From contig MU054187.1 in the NCBI GenBank assembly GCA_013239625.1, positions 10,809,231-10,873,230 of the forward strand: DNA of 64,000 bases, read 5' to 3'. Under the pieces are notes generated by a model. That model saw nothing but the letters and a program-made list of their open reading frames with translations, made no database searches and had not been told where the DNA came from. The first letter of the stretch is position 1, and each line of letters opens with the position of its first letter. Both the position numbers and the translations under genes were made by a program. Shown here one piece after another: positions 22,520 to 36,639 of the stretch. Source of the DNA: Lama guanicoe. Taxonomy: Eukaryota.

Positions 22520-25270
22520 AGAGTAAACTTGAAGATAAGTCAACAGAAATAATCCATACTGAAGACCAGAGATTTAAAAAAATGTAAAACAAAATGAAAA
22601 GGGCTTCAGTGACCAGTAGGAGAATAGAAAATGATAAAACATTAATCAGAATTCTAGAAAGAGAGGGGAGAAAGAATGGGAAAAAAAGAAAGAACATCCA
22701 GCTTTTTTTTTCAAATTTGGTGAAAAATATGAACCTATAATATGAGTTCATAAAATGTCTGGCTGACAAAACAATTTCAGGTAAACAAAAGCTGATAGGG
22801 TATGTTACCAGCATACCTGCAAATAGAAAAAAGGCCAACAGAGAATATTAGCAATATTGAAATTGACAAATTCCTAGTAATAATGACAAAGAAAAAGGTA
22901 GAAGAGCACAAATTACCAGTATTACATGGGAGAGACAGGCCCAAACTGCCCTACAGATCTTACAGACACAAAGGATAACAAAAGAATATTGCAAGTAACT
23001 TTATGCCAGCACAGTTGACAACTTAAATATAGCGGGAAAAAATTCTGGCGAAGTACATCATACGAGAGAAAAAACAAGAAGAAATAGTACACCTGAGTAT
23101 TTCTGCATATGTTAAAGAAATTGAATTTGCAAGGAAAATCCTTTCCCTAAAGAAAACTTCAAGATTTCATTGGTGAACTCTATCAGATATTTAAGGGAAG
23201 AAACAATGCCAAATGAAACAAACTTTTTCAGAAAATAGAGAAGAGGGAGAATTTCTCATTGTTTTGAGACCATATAGCTCATATCAAAACCTGACAAAGA
23301 CATTAAAAAAATTACAAGTGAATATCCCTTACGAATATAGATACATATATTCATAACAAAGTATTATTCAGTTAGATCTCTGTGATCCAGTACACTCTGA
23401 ATCAAATTCCTAATGGGCTTGAAAAAAGAAATTGATTAATTCTAGGATTTATGTGGAAATCATGACCTTGAATGACCAAAATCATCTAGGAAGAGGGACA
23501 TCATCTGTGGAATTACAGTATCTCACTTCAAGACTTACCTAAGGCTGTAATAATCAAGACAATGTGGTATTGACATAAGACTAAGCAAACAGATCAGTGG
23601 AATGGATTAAAGTTCAGAAATATATCTGGTCAGTTAGTTTTCAACAAACACTTCAAGGCAATTTGATATAATATAGAAAGGAAAATATTTTCAAGTGTTA
23701 GTGCTGGAACAATTGGATAAATGTACAGAAAAAAAAGAACTTTGACCTTCTACTTCATACCCTAATAAAAGTTATTTTGAAATGAATTACAAGCAAACAT
23801 AAAAACAGATTATGAAATTCTAGAAGGAAATGTAGAATGTATGCAGCCTTGGTGCAGGCAGAGTTCCTAGAGATAAAAAAAAATTACTAAGGGTGAAAGA
23901 AAAATTTCATAAACTAGACCACATTAAAATTAGAAACTTCTCAGAAAATGAAAAGAGGGACATGTTTACATTTGTTTAAATGCAAAGGCATACCATTGAC
24001 TGGGAGAAAATACATGCAATATATCTTGACAAAGGACTTGTATCTAGAATGTGTACAGAGCTCCTGCAAATCAGTTTTTCAAAAGCACAAATAACCTAAT
24101 AAATAATTTCAATATACAGTTCACAAAAGGAGATAAACAAATGATAAATAAGCCACATGAAAAGCTGTTCAATGTCATTAGCTATCAAGGAAATGCAAAT
24201 TAAAACAACATTGAAGTATCTCTTCCCACCAACTGCAGTGGCTAAAATGAAAGACGCTCAGCACCAAATGTTGTCAAAAATGTGGAGTAGCTGGAATTCT
24301 CAAACATTGCTCATGGGCATGAAAACTTAGCAGTCACTTTGGAGAAAATGTCTGGCAGTTTCTTATAAAGTTTAATATGTACCTGTCCTGTGGTCTAGCA
24401 GTTCCTAGATATTTTCCTGAGGGAAATAAAGCATGTATTCACAAATATTTGTATATGAAAGCAGTTTTATTCGAAATAACCCAAACAGAAAACAAAATTA
24501 CAGTCACTGTAAACAAATTGTGGTATATTCACACAGTGGAGTACTATTCAATAAAAATGAATTAAGTACTGATACATGTGACAGTATGAAGAATCTCATT
24601 GCTGTGGACTGAGTTGTTTCCCCCGGCCCCATGAACGTCATGTGTTGATACCAGAACTCCTGACGTGATAGGTGGTATTTGGAGATAGGGCGTTTATGAG
24701 GTACTTAAGGTAACATGCGGTTGTTAGGGTGGGTTCCTCATCCAGTGGGTCTGGTGGCCTTGTAAGAAGAGGAAGAGAGAACTCTCTCCGTGTGTGAACT
24801 GAGGAAAGGCCATGTGAGGACACCATGAGAAAGTGCCGTCTGCAACCCAAGGAGAGAGCCCTCACCCGACAGAGACCTGCTGACACCTTGATCTTGGACT
24901 TTCCAGCCTCCATGACTGTGAGAAAATAAGTTTTTGTTGTTAAAGTTGCCTGGTCTAAGCTACTTTGTATGGCAGCCTAAGCCAAATAAGACAATCGTAA
25001 ACATTGTGTTGAACGGAAGAAACCAGACACAAATGATTGCATACCGTGCTGATTTAATCATAAGAAATTCAAGAACAGGCAAAACTAATTTGCGGCGATA
25101 GAAATCAGAGCATAGCGGGGGCAGTGAGGGATTGGCATGAGGAAACTTTCTAGGGTGATAGAAATGTTTTACACTTCAGTGTGGTGTTCGTTACTTAGGT
25201 GTATACATTTATCAGAATTCACTACGTTACATTTATCAAAACTCAATTGCATTTCACTGTAAATTTGAAG
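22520..25270 (+). mobile_element. Degraded, internally deleted L1M element (ORF1 piece, ORF2 pieces, 3' UTR) interrupted by MLT1A
   Basis: ORF1-like gaagataagtcaacagaaataatcc; ORF2-like caaaacctgacaaagacatt, taatcaagacaatgtggtattg and ggaaatgcaaattaaaac; 3' UTR ggcaaaactaatttg...ggaaactttctagggtgatagaaatgtt. Confidence 0.85.
24600..24993 (+). mobile_element. MLT1A-like MaLR solo LTR nested in L1
   Basis: TG...CA ends (tgctgtggactgag...ctaagccaaataagaca), core ctgacaccttgatcttggactttccagcctcca, decayed 5-bp TSD ctcat/atcgt. L1 sequence resumes on both sides. Confidence 0.9.
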
Positions 25271-25779
25271 AAAAAGTAACAAATTTTATATATAAAAATC
25301 ATGGCTACATAATATTATACCATGAGAATATTCATGGAGTCAAAATTAAACTTGACATTTGTTATGTTTCCAAAATGAAATGATTAAATTTTACCTTAAA
25401 GTATTTCAGGACAATCACATGGCCACTTGCTATGGGAATGTCTCATAACCCTGACCTCTGATAAGTTTTCCAAAACTCTGTGCCTGTTCTAAGCACAATG
25501 TTTGAATAATTCTGAAAAGAAACAGAAATTGTCATTTTAATTTCATAGTAGCACTTTGAAAACCAGAATTTGATCTTTGACAGTGAATTTCCTAGTGTTG
25601 AATGTATATACTTTTCTAATATGATCACACTTTTTTGTGCTGGGTATACTGAAATTGCTCTTCTCACCATTTTGCTTGTGATATAAAGAACTAAAAAATG
25701 TGAAAGTTTGACCTGAAAATGTTCTTACTATCAACTGAAAATGTGTCTTAGTACTAAAACATGAATCTGCTTATATTAT

Positions 25780-26140
25780 TTTTTAAACATTTTTATTGAG
25801 ATATACACATGGCATATAATTCACCAATATAAAGTATAATTCAGGGATTTTTACTGTATTCACAGACTTGTACAACCATCCCACAGTCTAACTCAGTCTA
25901 ACTCGCCCAGAAGAAACCCAATTTGCAGTCACTCTTTGTCCCTAATACCACTCACTCCCTCACCTCTAGGCAAGAATTAATTTATTTTCAGTCTTATGAG
26001 TTTGCCTGTTTTGAGCATTATATGTAAATGGAATCATACATGTAATGTATGTGGTTTTTTGTGAAGGGCTTTTTTTACCTAGCATAATGTTTACAAGGTT
26101 TATCTATGTTGTAGCATATATTCATTCTTTAATTCCTTTA
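25780..26140 (-). mobile_element. L1MB-like 3' end
   Basis: ttttattgagatata...aattcaccaatataaagtataattcag...ggaatcataca...cctagcataatgtttacaaggtttatctatgttgtagcat. Confidence 0.75.
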
Positions 26141-29100
26141 AAAAAATAGACCTTAGTTTTCACAGAAAACAATATTAAATTCACAGGAAAATTGAACTGA
26201 AGCTACAGAGATTTACTGCAAACCATCCTTTCCCGCATATGCACAGCCTTTCCTACTGTCTACATCCCACCTGAGTGATAGGTTTGTTATCATAAATGAG
26301 CGTACATTGACACTTATTATCACCCAAAGTTCATACTTTAAATGAGCATTCATGTTTAGTGTTGTTCATTCTTTTGGAAATGAAAAATGTTTAATGACAT
26401 ATGTTTATCATTATAGTATCATAAAATAGTTTCACTGCCCATAAATCCTCTATGCTCTATTCATGCCTCTAGCACCCACCCCCCAGCTACCACTGATCTT
26501 TTTAACTGTCTCCATAGTTTTTTCTTTTCCAGAGTTTGTAAAGTTGGAATCATACTATATATAGGCTATTGAGACTGGCTTCTTTCATTACTAATAATGC
26601 ACTTAAGTTTCCTCCGTGTCTTTTTATAGCTTGATAGCTCTTTTTAACACTGAATAATGTATCGTATCGATGTACCGCAGTTTCTCTCTCCATTCATCTA
26701 CTGAAGTACATCTTGGTTGCTTCCAAGTTTTGGCAGTTGTAAATAATGCTGCTAAAAACATCTGTGTGCAAGTTTTTCTCTGAACGTAAGTTTTCAGCTC
26801 ATTTACGTAAATACCACAGAACCTGATTGGTGGGTTGTATGGTATGAATATGTTTAGTTTTACAATAAACTGACTAATTTTCTTCCAAAGTGGCCATACT
26901 GTTTTTCATTCCCACCATAAAGAAAGGAGAGTTCCTGTTGCTCTACATCCTTACCAGCATTTGATGTTGTAAGATTTTTAGATTTTTAGCAGTTCTAATA
27001 GATGTGCAGTGATATCTCGTTGTTTTGTTGGCAATTCCCTAATAACATGTGATGTTGAGCACCTTTTCATACGCTTATTTGCCATCTGTATATCTTCTTT
27101 GGTGAGGTATCTGTTCATATATTTGGCCCATTTTTTAAATTGGGCTTTTTGTTTTCTTATTGTTAAGTTTTAAGAGCTGTTTTTATCTTTTGACCACTTC
27201 ACTCATTTGTATATGTTCTGTATATTTTGGATAACAGTCTTTATCAAATGTATCTTTTGCATTTTCTTTTAGTCTGTGGTTGTCCTCTTGTTCTCTTGAC
27301 ACGTTGTCTTTCATGGAGTGGAAGTTTTTAATGAAGTCTAGCTTGTCAGTTACTTCTTCATGGATTGTGACTTTGGTATTGTATCTAAAAGGCATCACCT
27401 TACCTAAGGTCATCTAGGTTTTCTTCTTTGTTATTTTCTAGGAGTTTCTTAGTTCTGCAATTTATATTTAGGTCTGTGATCCATTTTGAGTTAATTTTTG
27501 TGGAGGATATAAGGTGTGTGTCTAGATGCATTTTTTTATGCATGTGAATGTCTAATTGTTTAAGTACCATTTGTTGAAAGAACTTTTTCTCCATTTTATT
27601 GCCTTTGATCCTTTGTCAGAGATCATCTAGGTATATTTATGTGGGTCTGTTTCTAGGCTTTCTGTTTTCTTCATTGATCTATTTGTCTATTTCACCATGA
27701 CACCATCTTGATTACTTTAGATTTATGGGAAAGTCAGGTATGTCAGTCCTCCATCTTGGTTCTTCTGCTTCAATACTGTGTGGATTCTCTGTATAACATT
27801 AAAATTTTGTTGAAATCCACAAAATAGCTTGCTGGGATTTTGATTGGGACTGCACTCAATCTATAGATCAAGATGGGAAGAACTACATCTTGATAATAAG
27901 GTCTTCCTATCCATGAACATGGGATATCTCTCCATTTATTTAGTTCTTTTTTTCTTATTTCATTCATCAGAGTTTTGTAGGTTTAGTAGTTGCCATGTAG
28001 ATTTTGCATGTATTTTGTTAGATTTATACCTAAATATTTTATTTTGGGGGATGCTAATATAAATAGTACTGTGTTTTTAATTTCAAATGCCACTTGTTCA
28101 TTTTGGTATTTAGGAAAGCAGTTGACATTTGTATATTACCCTGTATCCTGCAATCTTGCTATAATTTCTTATTAGTTCCAGGAGTTTTTACAGTTGTTTT
28201 GCATATTATAAATAGATGATCATGTCATCTGTTAACAAAGACAATTTTATTTCATCTCTCTTGATCTATATACTTTTTAATTCTTTTTTCTTATCTTATT
28301 ACATTAGTTAGAAATTGAAGTACAGTGTTGAAAAATACTCATGATAGAAAACATCCTTGCCTTGTTCTTCAGATTTATGTTCTTGATCTTAGTGGGAAAG
28401 CTTAGAGCTTCACCATTAAATATGATTTTAGCTGTAGGATTTTTTCTCAATATGAGTGTATTTCCCTCTATTCCTAGTTTACTGAGAGTTTTTATCATGA
28501 ATGGGTGTTAAATTTTTGTCATATTTTTCTGCATCTATTGACATGATCGTGTGAGTCTTCTTTTTTAGCTTGTTGGTATGATGAATTGCATTAATTGATT
28601 TTTAAATGTTGAACCAACCTTGTATACCTAGGATAAATGTCACTAGTTATGGTTTATAATTCTTTTTATACATTGTTGGATTCTGTATACTAATATTTTG
28701 TTGAGGATTTTTGTATGTGTGCTCATGGGAGTCATTGGTCTATAGTTTTCTTACATTGTCTTTGTCTGCTTTTGGTATTAGAGTAATTTGACCTTTAAGA
28801 ATGACACAGGAAATATTCCCTTTGCTTCTGTCTTCCTGAAGAGATTGTAGAGAATTGGTATAATTTCTGCCTGAAATACTTGGTAGAATCCACAGGTGAA
28901 CTCATGTAGACCTGGTGCTTTTTGTTCTGGAAGTTGATTAATTATGGATTCAATCTTTAAGTAAGTACAGGCTTATTCAAATAGTCTATTTCTTTTTTTT
29001 TTTTCTTACATGAGTTTTGACCCTGTGTCTTTCAAAGAATTGATCTGTTTCATCTAGGTTTTCAAATTTGTATGCACACAGTTGTTCATACTATTGCTTT

Positions 29101-31730
29101 CTTATCCTTTTAATGTCCCCTCTTTTATTTCTGATTTTAGTAATTTACTTCTCTGTTTTTCATTTAAATTGGTTAGAGGCTTATCAATTTTATTCAGCTT
29201 TTCAAATATCCAGTTTTATTTTAGTTTCTCTGTTGATTTCCTGTATCAGAAGTTTCCTTGGTTTTGCTTTAATTTTTATTTCTTTCCTTCTCCTTACTTT
29301 GAATTGAATTTGCTTTTCTTTTTCTAGTTTCTTAAACTAGAAGCTTAAATTGTTGATTTTATATCTTTCTTCTTTTCTAATATATGTATTCAGTGAACAT
29401 CTTTCTCTAAGCACTGCTTTTGCTGCATCCGCAGATTTTGGTAAGTTTGCGTATTCATTTAGTTCAACATATTTTTAATATTTTCTTGAGATTTCTTCTT
29501 TGACCTATGTGTTATTTAGAAATGTGTTGTTTAATTTCCAGTTATTTTGTGATTTTCCATTTTCCTTCTGTTACTGATTTCTAGTTTAATCTCATTGTGG
29601 TCTGAAAATAGACATTCATGATTTTTATTCTTTTAAATTTATTCAGTTCTATTTTATGGCTCAGAGTATAGTCTATCTTGACAAATGCTCAATATAAGCT
29701 TGATAAGAATGTGTATTTTTCTGTTGATGGATATAGTAGTCAGTATATGTCAGTTATGTACAACTGATTGATGGTGCTGTTGAGTTCAGCTATGTGTTTA
29801 CTGATTTTTTCCCTGCTAGATCTGTCCATTGATAGAGGGATGGTGAAATCTCAAACTATAACAGTGAATCCATCTGTTTCTCCTTGCAGTTCTTTCTGGT
29901 GTTGTCTCATGTATTTTGAAGGTTACATGTATATGTTAGGCACACACATCTTAGGAGTTACTGTGTTCTAGGAGAATTGACCCTTTTATCATGCTGAATG
30001 CTCCCCTTTATTTGGGATAACTTTCCTTGCTCTGGAATCTACTCTGTCAGAAATTGTAGCTACTCCTCCTTTCTTCTGATTATTATTATCCTGATACATG
30101 TTTTTCCATCCATTTCTTTGTGATCTCTATGTGTCTTTATATTTAGAGTATGTTTATTATGGACAGATGTAGCTAAGTCTTGTTTTCTGGTTTACTGTGA
30201 CAGTATCTGTCTTCTAACTGGTGCTTTTAGACCATTGATGTTTAAAGTGTAGTTGATATAATAAGATTAATACCTATGGGTGGAGGGTAATAGCTCAGTG
30301 GTAAAGGTCCTGGGTTCCATCCCCAGTATCTCCACTAAAAAAATTTAAAAATTAAAAATAAATAAATAAAATAATTTTTTAAAAACATTAATATCTACCA
30401 TATTTGTTACTACTTTTTATTCATTGTCTTGTCCTTTGTTCCTATATTTGTCTTCCATTCTTTTTCTGCCATTTCAGTTTTAATTGAATTTCTCGTTATT
30501 CCATATTCTCTTCCTTAGCATGTCAGTTATACTTCAAAAAATTTTGGTGGCTTCCACAGAATCTGCAGTGTACATTTGAGACTTAACCAGGTCCACTTTC
30601 AGATAACAGTGTACCTTTTCACAGGTAGTACAGGTACTTTATAATGACAAAGTAATCATAATTTCTCCATCCCGTCCCTTGCATCGTTGCTATCATTCAT
30701 TTCACTTACACATAGGCATACATAAGCGTATAGACATACATATACATACAGGCATATATACACATAATCAAATACATTGTTGCTATTGTTACTTTGAACA
30801 GAATGTTGTTACCTGTTAGGCCAATTAAGAAAAAAGAAAATTAAAAATTGTTTTATTTACCTTCACTTATTCTTTCTTTGGTGCTCTCCCTTTATTTATG
30901 TAGATTCAAGTTTTTTATGTACGTAATTTTGTTTCTTTCTGAAGAACTTCTTTTCATCTTTTTTACAAAACACATTTACTGGCCATAAATTACAGTTTTT
31001 ATCTGAGCAAGAAAATCTTTATTTCTACTTCACTTTCGAAGGGTTCAGTGTTCTAGATTGGTAAGACTTTTCTCTCAACACTGTATAGTCACTTCACTTT
31101 GTTCTTGCTTGTGTGGTTCCTGAGAAGTTTTGGAAGTAATCTATGTCTTTGTTCTTCCATAAGTAAGGTGTTTTATTTTCCTCTGACTTCTTTCAAGTTT
31201 TTTTAATCTTTGATTTTGTGCAGTTTGCATATGATTTTGCTTAAGTGTAGGGGTTTTGGGCATTTATCTCTGAGCTTCCTGAATCTGTGATTTGGTGGCT
31301 GACATTTATTTTGGGAAATTCTGTTATTATTGCTGCAGATATTTCTTCTGTTTCTGTTTCTTCTCCTTCTGTTACGTGTATGTTCTGCCTTTTGTGGTTG
31401 GCTCACAGTTCTTGGATATTCTGTTCTGAGTTTCTTCCCTCTTTGCTTTTCTGTTCTGGAAGTTTCTGTTGACATATTCTCCAGGTCAGAGATTCTCTCC
31501 TCAGCCATGTCTAGTCTACAAATGCTCACATCAGAGGCACTCTTCGTTCTTGTTACAGTTTTTGATCTCTAGCACTTCTTTTTGATTCTTTCTTAGAATT
31601 TCATCTCTGCTTAAATTGCCCCTCTGTTCTTGCATGCTGTCTTCTTTATCCATTTGAGCTCTTAGCATATTAATCATGGTTGCTTTAATTTTCCAGTGTG
31701 GTAGTTCCAACATTTTTACCATATCTGTGT
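26140..31730 (-). mobile_element. Long degraded L1 (L1MC-like): 3' UTR, ORF2 and ORF1 remnants
   Basis: Minus-strand peptides ELNKWRDIPCSWIGR, KINSKWITDLN and IKTLSKLGIEG (ORF2) and RLDMAEERISDLE (ORF1). Many stops and frameshifts. Confidence 0.9.
30278..30383 (+). mobile_element. Camelid-type tRNA-derived SINE (Vic-1-like), internally deleted
   Basis: GGGTGGAGGGTAATAGCTCAGTGGTA (A box)...GGTCCTGGGTTCCATCCCCAG (B box), A-rich tail, and 15-bp TSD aagattaatacctat (30263-30277) / aacattaatatctac (30384-30398). Confidence 0.85.
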
Positions 31731-32259
31731 CTTTATCTTATTGTGTTATGCTTTATTTAGCATTTCTGTATTTGGAATGGCAGAGAGCCTTTTGTGGCAT
31801 TCAGTTAGCCATATTGGTAGAAACTTACATTGTCTAATTTGAATTAAGTTCAAATACTAGTTAAGAAAAAAAAGCAACAGAAATATATACACAAATATAT
31901 AAAATTATTAGATTTTTAAAACAAGTAGGAAATATTACATATGTCATCTAGTTATTGAAAAAATTGGTCAAAAGCTGTATAAATTTATATGAGCTATAAA
32001 TACATAAAAATATATAGGTATCTATTTCTGTCTGTATATATTAAACCAAACCACCGTCCATGGTTAGCTTAGCAAAGCAGAATTAAGATGGGAGGGTCTT
32101 TCATTTGTTTACGTTATTAGTTCCTTATTGTTTGATTTTGTACATAGGCATTTTTAAACAAGAAAAAGATGCTAAAACTACTACTAATTTTAAGAGAAGT
32201 GTTCTGTAAATTTCCTGTTCAGTGTTTTGATAGTTACTAACATTGAAATCCTGTATGTC

Positions 32260-32545
32260 TTTTAGGCAGGCTGTGAACTTGTCTCGCAGACTGAGGTGTA
32301 ACGGGGAGGTCGGGAGGCGTAGTCAGCCTCACAGGGGACCCCAGGATCCGGGTGCAAGAGCAGGTGGTGGAAATGACCAAGGGCAGCCATGTCACGGATG
32401 CCTGATGGAGAGGAGGATGGCGCGGATCAGACCGTGACTGCAGCCACCCACGGGAAAGCCAGCAGGGCCTGTGTCCCTCCTGTTGTGTCAGCCTTATGGC
32501 ATTTTGAGTTTGTTGCAGAGGGCCACAAAGTTCCTATGGACTTCA
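32260..32545 (-). mobile_element. L2 fragment
   Basis: ggaggtcgggaggcgtagtc...ggccacaaagttcctatggacttc, with the L2-type ttttgagttt motif. Confidence 0.45.
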
Positions 32546-33739
32546 AAACACTTATAGTAATGGAGATCGAAGGCACGATAGATACCATCCACAGATAGCA
32601 TTTAAATGTCAGTTGAATTTCCCTGTCACAGCTCACACTGATTTCAGTTCTGATGGTCATATACCTCCTTTTAGAAGTTTTCTTTCTCTCTCAGTCTTCC
32701 ACAAGCCACATTTGATTCATCATGAGACGAGAATGCTAACAAGAAATTCTCTTAAACTCAAGTTTTCTTAATTTACTTTAGATTTGACTTACAGATCATT
32801 TCTACCATACATACAGCCAATGTTATTCATATCAACAAAGACAAAATGTGTGTTTTATTGAATTTCAGTACATTAATAGAACCAGGGAACAATTCTTGCT
32901 GTCTCTACATACTAGTTGAACAGTGCTTCAGACTACATTATGTCCCTGCAGGGTAAAATAAAGTTTGTTAGCTTCCATGTTTCTGTGTTTTGTAATTAAC
33001 TCATTACACATTTATATTCGGCATCTTACTCAGCACTTAGTTCCAGGCAAATAATTTTACACTGAAAAATCCATTAACCTTCTCTGTGGGGGAATCATTT
33101 TCTTGTAAATTAAATTGCCTAATTAGCTGATCCTTTGGAATCTGAGCTTGATCCCCAAAAGCTTAACCAGAATGTTTCTCCTTTTAGAGTAAGCTGCTTC
33201 CACATTAATTCATGAGGAGGTCAGATTCAAATTACCCTTTGACCAACAATGAGGCTACTTATCCTAGGAATTAAGTGACTCATCAAGACAGAAGAGAAGA
33301 AGAAGAAAGAACAGAAGGAGGAGGTCGGAGAAAGGGACTGACTGCTAGGTTTCAGTAGGATATTGGGAAACAAAGGTGCGGAGGAACAGATGAGTGTGTC
33401 TTTTCTGTGACTTTGTCATGTTTTAGCTGCTCATTTAAGTCCATAAGGGGATTTATTTTCATTCAGTGTTCAATAAATCATTTCTGCAGTGTCACTCTGT
33501 GACAGATACTGTGCTGGACACCATTTGTCAACCTTTGTGCTTCTGATTATTTGGAAGTTGGAAGGAAAATGTATACAGTTCCAGCACTGATGGTTATTTA
33601 AATCAGTGGGGAGAGAACAGGGGAGACTATGAAGGAAAAAAATAGCATGATTTATCCTAAAGCTACTAGGGGTCCATTGTGACCAGTGTCTTGTAAAAAG
33701 GCTTATTGCATGAAGGTGGAGGAACAGGGAGGGAGAGCA

Positions 33740-34045
33740 TGGGCAAAAACTTATATGCGTGACTATACTGTGTAACTTGCTTCTTCCTGTGTCTCAGTAT
33801 CTGTCTCCTGTCAGATGGAGAGTTAAGAATGACTTGCAGGGGCTTGGAATACTGCCAGTTACTAGTTTTGTGACTTTGGGAAAGTTTCCTAATCTCTCTG
33901 TGTCTCAGTTACTTTTGCTATAAAATCGCAGTAAAAATGGTACCTATTTCTTAAGGTTTTTTTTGTAAAATATCAAATGAGATAGTGTGTCTTAATTGCT
34001 TAATGTAGTGCCTGGTATGAAATACTTGCTAATTAAAGTTTAGAT
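33740..34045 (+). mobile_element. MIR SINE(s)
   Basis: ctgccagttactagttttgtgactttgggaaagtttcctaatctctctgtgtctcagtt...taaaaatggtacctatttc...gtgcctgg. Confidence 0.8.
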
Positions 34046-34047
34046 AT

Positions 34048-34340
34048 TATATTCAATTTCTATTACTGTGTAACAGATTACCACAAATTTAGCAGATTTA
34101 AGAAATACAAAATTTTTACCCTATGATTGCTGTGCCCCAGGGGTGTGGGTGCAGGTTAGCTGGGTCCTCTGCTCAAGGTCTGGGCAGGCTGAAATTAAGG
34201 CGCTGGTTGGGGCTGCAGTCTCACCTGGACTTGGGGTCTTCTGCCAAACTCCTTCACGTCATTGGCCAAATTCAGAGCTTTTTCTTGAAGCACTAAGATC
34301 TTCATTTTCTCACTGGCTGTTAGCTGGGGATTGTTCTCAT
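34048..34340 (-). mobile_element. MLT1-family LTR fragment
   Basis: tgtgtaacagattaccacaaatttagc...agctgggtcctctgctcaaggtct...ggctgaaattaagg. Confidence 0.75.
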
Positions 34341-34644
34341 GAACCTAGTCAATGTCCAAACCCACTCAACCCCGGAAACAGGAGACCCATGTCCCACCTA
34401 CAGAGAGCAGTGCTACGCAGTCAGTATTCAGCAGCGTAGCCTTGATGCGCACCTGTGGTGAGGAGGGCAGTCCTCGTGCTGATGAAAAAATGCAAACTGA
34501 CCTCATTGGACTGTGAAACATCCAGTATTGATTGCAGTTCCCCTGCCTAACTTAATACACAGCTTGAAATACACCCTCAGCTACTGCCAGGAGCACAAAT
34601 GTTTTCATGCTAAGTAAAAGCCTGTGAAGTAAGTTATTCACTCC

Positions 34645-34805
34645 TACCCAGTGGGTGCTTCTGAACCAGCAGCAGAGGCGTCACCTTAGAGCTTGCAGGC
34701 AGTGTGGAGTCTCAGTCCTCCCAGCCCAGAGCTGCCGTATCCTAGTCTACCTTTTAACAAGATTCCTTGTCATATGTGTACAACTTAAGGTACAAGATGC
34801 GCTGA
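34645..34805. mobile_element. MER5A-like hAT-Charlie MITE
   Basis: accagcagcagaggcgtcaccttagagcttg...ttttaacaagattcc. Confidence 0.7.
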
Positions 34806-36019
34806 CTTAACTCTGGGCGTCTTCTCATTAAATTAGAAATCATAATATAACACACAAGTGGTCAGAAAATTATGTGAGATGTTTTATGCTGACTGGCAGG
34901 CACAGAAGTCTGGGACAAAAGGAGCTTCCTCTACTGAAGAGAATGGGATGGCTATTTTTTTTTGATCTCTGATCATGAAAACTGATGGAAGAGGTGTACT
35001 ATGCAAGGGAATTACTGGGGAATGGCCCTGGCCCTTAGCGAAGAGCAGGTCCCTGCCGGAAGGAACTTGCCCACCTTTGGAGATTAAGCATTGCGAGCAC
35101 GTAAGTGGTCGACCTCAGTGATCTCAAGAAGAGCCGTTCCAACAAGCCACAGAGGGAGCGCTTTGTGCCTCTGGCTAGACCTAGATTCATTTAGTCCCAG
35201 GGCCACATTACTTTGCTGCTATGTCTCCTTCCCACATAATGAGGCATTTATTTGAAATTCTGCTCAGATTTCATTAGTAAATGTCCAGAAGGGAATTATC
35301 CTTTGGGACCTTTATATTTAGGGTAGCAGTCGTCGGTCTTCTAGCCCTGAACTTGAAGCAGGTGTGGCAGTGGCTACAGTGTCGGTCCATCAGGAACTGG
35401 TCATCATGCCTTTCATCTAAAGATACGAATGGAGCCCTCACAGGCTGTAGATGCCTTAAAAGTAGTCCTTAATCCTGCTGTGCTTACGGTGCTCTTGGTC
35501 AAGCTTGATGTAGACAGATGGCTGTGTGCCTGTGAATCGTATAAAAAAGAGGTAAGGAAAAATGCCTTCTGTGTGCAAGTGTATCTCTTGTGGCTGAGAG
35601 AGAGCACTTACATCACAGGAAAAAGCATAGAGAAATTGCAGACTAGCCTTCCTTTTATATTTTAATGCCAAGGAGAGCTTATATTGCTCACATAGATTTC
35701 AGTACATGAACATACCGACTGAGCTTTCTATCTGCTGTGAAAAGCAAACGTAGATTTTTAATACTAACAATAAGGATAAATATAAAATATTTACGTATGT
35801 ACATATATGTATTTGTTAAACAATACTTTTCAATGAATTTGTTAATTGATCTTCCGAAATGAGATCATTTGTCCACTTTAATGTTTCCTACTTGAAGATA
35901 TCATTAAAACTGAATACTAGCTATGTGTTTTGCATTGCCCTAATCTGACACTTTTGCACCATAAATACATAAAGATTTTGGGAACAGCGTTGCAGTATTC
36001 ATGTAATCACAATTTCAGA

Positions 36020-36190
36020 AATATGTATGTATAAATATATTTCCAGAATATGTGTATATGTCCAGAATATATATTTAATATAATTTATAATATAATTTCC
36101 AGTGTACATATTATATATATGATTTTAGTATGTATGTATATAGTTGTGTGTATGTGTATGTATACATATATGTAAGTATACATATAAAAC
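36020..36190. repeat. AT-rich (TA)/(TATG) low-complexity tract
   Basis: Degenerate atat/tatg repeats. Confidence 0.7.
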
Positions 36191-36639
36191 ACTGATGATC
36201 CAGAAAAAAAGAACTCCACTTCATTTATCTCCATCTTTAATTTGTATGTATGGTGTTTTTGTTTCTTATCAGGTTACAGAAATATTGCTCTGCTTGGCAC
36301 TGTACTTAGGGGTATTCTTAAATGTATTTTACTCCTATTTTCCCAGATTTGATTACCACGCTTTAGTGCACCATAAACAGTAATATTTGGATTTTATGGC
36401 TGCTGTCTGTTTCCTCCAAGTGCTAAGCTTAACAGGATTGCACTGTGATGATCATCGCTTTTAATCTGACACATTTCACGTGTTTCAAAACAACATGGAT
36501 AATGATAATGCATGACCTATTTTGTATATAGGGCTGGAATTTGCCTTTCTGTTATTTCGGTCTCTTAGTGCAACCCTGAATAATTCTGAATAATTCGTTC
36601 ATACTCAGCTCTTAGCTGAGTAGAATCATCAGGGATGTG

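Noticed and set aside
30278..30335. tRNA-like sequence
   Set aside because: No anticodon arm; the A-rich tail and TSD identify it as a SINE.
27183..31722. ORFs with recognisable protein motifs (KWRDIPCSWIGR, AEERISDLE)
   Set aside because: Fragments of decayed L1 ORF2/ORF1 broken by stops and frameshifts; not genes.
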